Shown: piece by piece, positions 49,801 to 64,000 of the stretch
Numbering within the stretch: position 1 is the first letter of the stretch
Layout: the number at the start of each line of letters is the position of its first letter
Source of the DNA: Trichoplax adhaerens
Taxonomy: Eukaryota; Animalia; Placozoa
Direction of reading: 5' to 3'
DNA: 64,000 bases
Assembly (NCBI RefSeq): GCF_000150275.1
Contig: NW_002060945.1
Coordinates: 2,999,172 to 3,063,171, forward strand
Program-made: the position numbers and the translations under genes
The notes under the pieces: generated by a model
Databases searched by the model: none
Told to the model about the DNA's origin: nothing
Seen by the model: the letters and a program-made list of their open reading frames with translations, nothing else

Positions 49801-52800
49801 GAATGGTATATAAATTCTGTTTCATACTTTTCAGGTGCACCAGTAGTTGTTTTCAGTTTTAATATCTCAAACATTTCATTAATAGTAATATCTTTCTTCA
49901 TATCAATTTCCTTCCTAAAATGGAAGTCATATATTATTATCAAAATCATCTCATTACTTAAACAGTTATAGCTTTATCCACTAGCAACAAGTACAATGGA
50001 CATACTTAACACTTTCATCGTCAGTGCATAAAGCCTCTCGATCGAAATCATCCAATGTCAATAATAGAGAATAAATCTAATAATTTTCATATTAAATTAA
50101 ATTTTATTAGCAAAAAGACTTACAAGTAAGCAATTTTTTACTATGTAGAGCAATATTATTGACATCAAATGACCTTCTCTACAGAATGTAGTGTGATACG
50201 TCTTTTCCTGAAGGCTTCTCTTGATGGTGTGCTGGATTTAACTTCGTCACTATCAAATACTTTCTGTACAGCATCAATGACTTTCCGCGGATTTGTTAAC
50301 GAGTAGACAGGTACTTTACCAAGAGTATTCTCGAAAGAAACTAATGTATTTAGACAAAAAACAAATTGTTCTTAAATTATGCAACGAAAAACAACCAATT
50401 TGCTAGGGGTAAAAATCTCGTATAGAAAATTTTTTCTTCTAGTGACTTTACCAGGATCATGCTTTCTAGCTTTGATATCAAGTGTCGAAGGCTTAACTAA
50501 GTTCGCTGTTACGTTCATTTCATGATTATGTTGATCAACGTCTTTGGATTGCAATTTAGAAACAGTATCAGGTTGATTAGAAAGCTCAAGTAGTGCTTTG
50601 TAATCATCCGTTATTGGTACACCAAGGCGTTTTGCTAATTTCTTTAATTCGTACATCTAGTAATATGATTGGACAAAATACTATATTATATAAACTGCAA
50701 TATTAGATGTACCAATGGTCGAAAATAAATAATTTTAATATTAAAAAAATCTATCGGCTATTACATTACTACCTGAAAGTAGTAGTCGTCAACATATGGA
50801 TCCTGGTTATTTAACTGCAACAACTGAATTTTGAGAAGCCATTCTTTTTCCTTTCTAGTCATCAGGCTATCAGGAGAGTTACTTTCGTCATGCTTTAAGA
50901 TGCCAAGTCTCTCTCCAATTCCACTTAAATCTATGTTATCGAACGCGGTGAAAGCTTTTGCACGATCTTCAGTCCGTAATCTAGGTCTTATCAAATTAGA
51001 GCGGATCGGATATAAATGCGGGTGAATTGGCGGCCGTACATGTCTATTATAGTGCGGATGCATCATAAACGGAGAGTTAGGTGGACCCCATCTAGTGTTG
51101 TGGCCCATTATTTTGTTGTTATTATTAGGAGGCATCTGATATCTTCCAAAATTTGGTCTTGGCATAGGTGGCATAGTGGCATAGGGTGCATTGATGGGCG
51201 ATGAGGAAACGGCTGACGAAACTCACGAGGAAAACGTTGATAAGGAGGTCTATTAACAGGAATCGGGAAATTAGGTATTTCAAAGCGAGGAGGAACGTTT
51301 CGTATACCCAAGGGCTGCCCCTGTAATAGAGTAAAGCCGATCTGTAAATTATAATATTTAACAAAAATATTTTTAAAGATTATATTTTAAATCAGTTATA
51401 TATGCGGCACCTGTAAAAATTGTGACGATGGTGGTGCAGTATCGTGTTGAGGGAGAGTACTCGGTCTAGCTGGGAATGGCGGTGTTGTAGGTAAAATTTT
51501 GGCATTTTGTAAAAGTCTGTAGCAGATTAATTCGAAAATTATTTTTTACTTCTTTATATCTTTTGCAGTTCTAGCTAGCTATGCCACTACAACAAACTAC
51601 TGAACTTGAATACATACCTATTTAGGTTACCCATACCACTATCACTTACGGTTTCATGATCTAAATGACAAGGTCAGGTTTAATTTAGTGCAAATGATTT
51701 TCATTTTATTCCACAATAATTTTTTCGATAAAACATTAGATAAAGTATAAATAAGGAAGCATAGATAATAGTCGTTTATAGAAGATATATCCTCTCGAAA
51801 ATTGCATTTGCATTAGTAATTTTAGTTATCGTGAATCAAGAAAAGTGCATGCTTTAAATTACCATGACGCTGTTTTAAAATTTCTTTTTCTAATTCTTCA
51901 ACAGTTAGCTTCTGTTTAGACTTATCATGCCAATCTGGTGGCTTTTGAGAAATACTTTTGATAATACTATCGCCCTATAATGCATAGGATAGTAAGGTAT
52001 GATGCTTAGATGAACAAACTACCAAGTAGCTTCGAATAAGCCAATGAATTAGAGTATTTCGCGTTTAATACACTATGATAAAGGTTATTTTATCATGACA
52101 AGATGTTATTTTAAATCTAACAATCATACTATACTAATAAGGGAATAATACGTAGTTATACTGTTCTCTGTGCCTATGCATAGAAAGGATATGGACACTT
52201 ACCGATAAGGTTGCTAGATTGTTTTGTTCACGCAAGTTATCATTATTCCATGATGGTAACTTACTGTCAAAGCTACTCCAAATAGTTGGACTAAAAGGGC
52301 TGTAACCTCCTTGCAAATTATCATCGTTCTATCAAATTGAACATGATATTTAATTAAAACGTACAGCTTGTAGAATCTCCAAAAGTGATAGATTTATATT
52401 CGAGTCAAGATGATAGTACATTAAGTAATCTGACTTTGATGTGCATTACCACATTAAAAGACCGCAATACGTCACTAAAGCAAGATTTACGCCGTAACTC
52501 AACGAAATGTAAGATCCTATTCTACTAGTTCTCCTGCATCATAGCTGCTTTTAAACTTTAATTATTGCATTTCGATGCAGTAATTAAAACTGAAACGTTA
52601 CACGTTTCCGGACATGCGATGCATATAACAAATCGCATTTAGTGTTGCATGCAATAAATCAAATTGACAATGATGACTTTAAGTAGAATTTATGGCAGTC
52701 ATTATCAGTTATTATGGCGCAATGCTATGGCCGATAGTGTAATCGGTGTTATACTATCATGATTACATTGCTATATATATATACACATCACGTTATGGCC

Positions 52801-53980
52801 TAATACTTTTCGTTGATTATATAATTCTATACTCATGTATCATACGTCGAAGATGGTGCATTGTAACAATTAATAGCTGTGTCATCAGTACTTATATTAA
52901 TTGAATGTTTTTTAATCTGCTAGGCGCAAAAACTTACGTCAACAGAGCGATTGCCACTATGCTGATAGAGTTTCAATCCCTGATTGCCATTGACTTGCGT
53001 TGTTGCTGCTGTTCCACTGCTCTCATCCACTTTGTGACATAGTCCAGACAACTGCTGATGGGCGCTTTCCCAGTCATCAACTATTAAATTAATTACATGT
53101 CATAATATTAACAACTTGGTAACATCATGGTACAGTAGTTATCCAAACAATAAACCATATCGAGAGGTGGATTTTAAAATTGTAATTGCTTTATACCCGT
53201 ATATCGAATCGATTTTCGACCTTTCTACTACCATGAAGAAGTAACTAAGTAAGTTTAATTCTAAATTAATGGATGAAATGCTTTTGATTGAGTGTCAATG
53301 AATGACGCAAGTATGCCTTGAAATAGATGAAATTTGACATAGTTCACTATGCTATCGTGTGTGGTTAGTTAAAGAGTTGGTTGAAATATCTTTAGTTTTA
53401 AGAGTATTATACATATTGTCATAAGAAATGTAGCGTTTAAGCGTCCCTTTTCTTGGGCAAGAATATGGCGACAAGTTTATCCATGCTTCCGCGCGAGAAT
53501 GAATACCGTACCCTTGATACCCGCCAATACTGATGTCATGTATGCTTTGGCGCTCACATGGCACTATACAGTACATCACATTCATTTTCTTGTAGTCGCA
53601 AGGTCTATCACACTAGGACTAATGCAAATTGCATGTCTAATAATGATATATTAGCCAATTTATGTGCTAACGATTTTTTCTATTGAGCGGATGAATCACT
53701 CAAAAGGAATAACATGCACTTACCAACTGCTCCAGAGCCGAATGTATCGTCATTGAAATCATCGATATTTTCTTGATCAAATTCACTGTTATCCTCCGGT
53801 GATAACATGTTTGACGGACGCTAATATTGAAAATATTTCCATACATTAACCCTATCTAAATCCATCTATTTACTCCTACTGAATTTATCCTTTATCAATC
53901 ACAAGAAACGCTCCTAATTATGATAACAAGCAGGCGATTACCGGTATATCCATAGGATATTTTGCTACTTCGTCGTCCAT
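46829..53980 (-). CDS. PATL1: PAT1 homolog, mRNA decapping activator / P-body scaffold
   Basis: N-terminal IDDFNDDTFGSGAVVDDWESAHQQL; Pro-rich region; Mid domain LMTRKEKEWLLKIQLLQL..PYVDDYYFQ and FENTLGKVPVYSLTNPRKVID; PatC QKGKTLISRLLRFL..NLPIIIKKD. The last exons are less certain. Confidence 0.92.
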
Positions 53981-54044
53981 AGCAATGGCATGGCATCCAT
54001 TACTACGACAGCAATACGTTCTGACTTGAATGATAGTGAGTCAA

Positions 54045-54265
54045 CTACGTACAGTATGGAGTACTACAGTACAGTGGTCCACTAGTGACAGTCTCCACTG
54101 GATTATACTGTACAGTACTGTACTGTACACTGTAGTTTTTTTCCCGTACTGTACAGTACAGTACTGTACTGTACAGGACGCTTCACTGTGACTACAGTAC
54201 TGTACAGTACTGTACGTACAGTACTGTATCGTGTACTGTAATGTACAGTACTGTATACTGTACTA
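54045..54265. repeat. GTAC island directly upstream of PATL1
   Basis: About 23 GTAC tetramers in about 220 bp by manual count; includes the perfect 22-bp palindrome TACAGTACTGTACAGTACTGTA at 54193-54214. Confidence 0.9.
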
Positions 54266-54290
54266 ATGGCAAATAAAGTCCAATAAAAGC

Positions 54291-54436
54291 TCTTTGACGG
54301 CCATTTTTGGAGGCCAAATCAACTTAATTTTTTAGTTTATGTAGGTTACAAAACAGCTATGCAACAAGATCTTTGACGGCCAAATCAACTTAATTTTTTA
54401 GTATATGTAGGTTACAAAACAGCTATGCAACAAGAT
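54291..54436 (+). repeat. Local tandem duplication, 66-bp period
   Basis: GGCCAAATCAACTTAATTTTTTAGT(T/A)TATGTAGGTTACAAAACAGCTATGCAACAAGAT at 54312-54370 and 54378-54436 (1 mismatch); TCTTTGACGGCCA at 54291 and 54370. Confidence 0.9.
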
Positions 54437-57400
54437 AACGTAATGCACAATCATTCAGTCAATTCCCTGAACCACGTATCAGCGAGCAGTATCTACTCTT
54501 TCAGCAACACTTTTCCTATACAAGTAGACTACAAAAAGACTGAAACGCCTCGTATCTTACGTTAAACACGAATCATAAGAACTAACTTTATTAGACGATT
54601 TATCGCATTTATACACTCTTTTACAATAGCAAAGACATCCCAGTTAGTAATAGTAACGTTAAAACCTGATAATGAATCAAAAGCTAATTTTATCTACTGC
54701 TACCTATAATGAAGACAACAGTATTTACCAACATAGACATCGAATGACTAATACAAAATTGTCAGATTACAATATGTCCTATCACGGAACATTTCTACCA
54801 TAATCTACAATCTACCGTCAGTAAATTACAATCACAGTGATTTAAATTGTAAGAAGATTATTCTCGATTCCCTAATTAAACTACTAATTTCAGTAGGCTG
54901 TAAAGTATACTGTATAAGGGTAAAGCAACAAAATTATCCTAACATAGATGTTTCTACTATAATCTCGATATTACAGTGTAGAACACTGTAACAATGTAGA
55001 ATTGAATTTCAGTTACTCAGGCAGGCATGGTCGAAAATTTCCTTAGAATGCTTCGAAAAATAGAGAAAAATCTAAAATTTCTATATTCAAACATTTTATT
55101 GCTAATTAAACTTTACTGGTCGTAAATAAGAATTTTAAAAATAAAGCATTCGAGTGAAAATAAGAATTGTACCGGAAAAAAAAATGCCGTTCGTGAAAAA
55201 AAATAATCATTTGTCGAATTAAGAGCGTACTGTTACTAATTAGAAAAACTTGTAACAGCTAAATAACCCGCTCCGTGGCCTGTTCAATATCTTCATTTAT
55301 CCTATAAATAGGATAAGAAAGGTTACAAACTTTGGACTTTTTTCTATGGATACGAAATACTAAGTACTACATTTTGAGGTCTTAACAGCTTTAGAATAGG
55401 ATTTTGGATGTTCAATTTTCTTTATTGCACTTACTCTGGCTATTAGTTGTACACGTAGACTACAGTAGCAGAATCAGAATAAGGGACTTCTAATAAGACA
55501 AATTAGAATAATTAATCATCTATAAGATAGAAGCATTCTTTCTTTCTTCTACGACACTACCTCTATCGCTTTGATGGAGATAAAATGTATACTGTAGCTA
55601 TTTCTTTTTTACCATGATGGTAAAACGTCTTTTTCTTTTTGCCACTGTCTACATTGCTGAGTGTATTATCGCGATGGCACCTTCACCAAGCCGATTGTAG
55701 AACAACACATCTACTGTTGAATATTCTAGCATGACTACTGGATAGCCATATAGTATCTAGTAGTCCATGAACTATACTTAGAGTATCTACACTGAGTGTG
55801 CAACGGTTCTTGCAGACTCTTACTGTGTGTAGGCAACTATAAAGTAAAATTATATTGGCTGTATACAACAAAAATTTACTCATATTCAATAATATTTCAA
55901 CAAGGAATCGCTTTTTCTTTTACCTCAAGGCTAAAATTAAACTGAAATGATGGAATCATGTTAACTATGATAGGTAGCAAACATAGCCTACTATGTCATA
56001 CTGTAGTGTATGCTGAATAATGTCTTCTGCTTGTAAACATAGGGAACACCACATACGTCTATGCGTATGTTATACTCGAATTGGGCAAACAACTGCTGTC
56101 CACCATAACTAGACTACTCCATGTTGACATGAAATATACAGTGTTTAGGATACTGAATAATTGTATGTTATCCTACAGAATGGATATGCCTGAGAAATAA
56201 TAAAATGCAATAGTCACTTTTTTATTTGATGATCATTAATTAAGATATTGCACGTAAAAATGAAATACCAAAACGTCCATCGATGCTACATCAGCTAGTA
56301 TATAGAGAAAGTACAGTAGAATGGAGGACAAGCCATAAGTGTAAATAGATTGTTATTATTGATCAATTCTATATTATCGTATTCAATACAGAGGTGACAA
56401 TAAAATATCCTGCTGCTGTACCTGTAGTGATAGATTGATCAATACACTCTGATAGTCTACATATAGCATATTGTATTATTGTATTATGAATGCATCTGAT
56501 ATCTACGTCTCTTTCGACGTTATGCATTTTGTATCCATCTAAACTTATCATACAACTAGCTTTCTTCATATCATCACCTTCCTATTTTCAATTTAATTCA
56601 CTAAGCAAATTGTACGGTACTTGGTATCTGATAGGGAAATGCTAATAGACGAATACGATATTTAAATATATGCGTATACTCTAAAGAGAGGTAGGATTGA
56701 TCGATTTATTACCATGGATAAAATCAACTATATCGGTATCTTGTAGAAGGCGAATATTGTAGTTACTATTCATGATCGATTACAATTATTCAGCTACGTT
56801 AGTTTGCTTGTCATATCATTTCATCAGTGACTATCGTCCTCATCAACATTAAAAGTCGAATGATTTGCGATGACGACATGCATATCCGACGTACGAGCAT
56901 AAGCACAGTTCCACGTGAACAACAAATGCTTACGAACAGCTACAATACAACCGTAGCAGCTTAGTATCATACAAATTTAATTACAATTTTCGACATAAAA
57001 TGCACTGTATTATACAATATTATTTGAATTGTAATGAAATACCATAATATTGCAGCAATATGAATACCATCAATGGTGATAATAAAATTTTTTCTTTCAC
57101 TAACTTTATAAGCATTCGTCTTGAAAAATATAAAAAATCACGAAAGGTTATTATTGTTACTTTGAATATACATTATTATTGCAATATTTCTCATTAAGAA
57201 AGTCATACGTAGAAGGTCGACAATCTTTCAACCAAGCCAAATTACAATCGTGCTATTACAAATATTTTCCCGTATCTTACTGATACCGCACATAATTTTG
57301 TTAATTATAATAAACGTAAGTAAAAATAACAGTTTACAGACGAATGAAATTATGTTATAATTATTGTATTAATTATATTTGGCAAATTAATGATTCAGCC

Positions 57401-57634
57401 TTGAAACTAATTCGTTGTAGATTTTCTCTTATTCCCTGCAAATATCTCCTCAATACATGAATACAGTAGACTGTACTATTATTAGCTCTCAAATTTATTT
57501 CAGCATGATATGTTACTTAACCAAAAGTTTGAAATATTATGACTATAACGAGCAGTGAATCATATATTACTATCATAAAGTCATTTTCGAATGTAATAGA
57601 TCTGAATAATTATATATTCATAATTTCAAAGCAA

Positions 57635-63267
<5,633 letters not shown>

Positions 63268-64000
63268 GATAACTAAAATACTGTATATTCAAATTATGTT
63301 TATGTAAACCGAAACTTAAGTAAATGAGTCCTTGACGGTACCAGAGGTTGACTACGTTAAACAAAATTTTTGAACTTTGACGATTACTTTATTAGAGATA
63401 TTATCCTTTCGAAAATGGAAAATTTCAACGTATTCTTAATCAAAGAGAGAGATGTACTATATTACGTCGTCTTGAGGTTGTTTTATCTCTTAAAGATTGA
63501 TTGAATATAGTTCTACGGCAGTTGTAGAATTACTTAAAGAGAATTTGGTTAAAATAAAGCGATTAGAGGCAAATTTAAATCGATGTTGACATCCACCATA
63601 CAATTAATTCAACCACGATGAAATAAACTTGACCTTTGCTACCGATTATAAAAGGATCGTACTTAAGGATAGTATTAGGGTAAATTTCCTGATAGCAATT
63701 AGATACCAAGAGTTTACGATTGAACTTGTTTTGATCTCGTGTAATTCAACAAGCGTTAAATCAATCAACTTTAAAAGGGGCTTAATATCCGTATAATAGT
63801 AGAACAATGTTTGAATTGGATCAAAGTTATCTACAGTCTGTTATTAAATGGAATGACTGCTAGAAATCATCCATTAAAAAAATTAAAAATCAAGGTGATT
63901 CGGGACTTTTATCCAAGTTACCTTAGAAAAACTGTTATTCGCTGGTGAATACGAATACATTAATAGTAACAGCGTTAACACTAGCTAACAGGTGAAATAG

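Noticed and set aside
55500-55900. Protein-like fragments in the PATL1-STK33 intergenic region
   Set aside because: Multiple frameshifts are needed, with no splice-consistent model or recognisable domain

Overview
AT-rich (about 32% GC by eye), compact, intron-rich animal genomic DNA. Short GT-AG introns and a metazoan gene set suggest a placozoan (Trichoplax/Hoilungia-like); this assignment is an inference. I reconstructed eight spliced genes by hand. In order: the 3' part of a peptidyl-alpha-hydroxyglycine amidating lyase (PAL/PAM) fused to three Kazal domains and a transmembrane helix (+), a Gab/DOS-like PH-domain protein (-), UBAP2/UBAP2L/lingerer (-), TIGAR (-), SND1/Tudor-SN (+), a divergent DEAF1-like SAND protein apparently lacking MYND (+), PATL1 (-) and STK33 (-). 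There is a 50-N gap at 5067-5116. The most striking non-coding signal is a set of dense 'GTAC islands', (GTACN)n arrays with 5/10-bp periodicity and long palindromes. They sit immediately upstream of UBAP2L, TIGAR/SND1 and PATL1 but not of the other genes, and one orphan island has no gene beside it. Other notable items: the PAL-Kazal fusion with an altered catalytic motif and a 1-nt frameshift, the degenerate DEAF1, clustering of three RNA-granule genes, and a uORF overlapping the PATL1 start. Exon boundaries were read manually and may be off by a few bases. No database searches were run.
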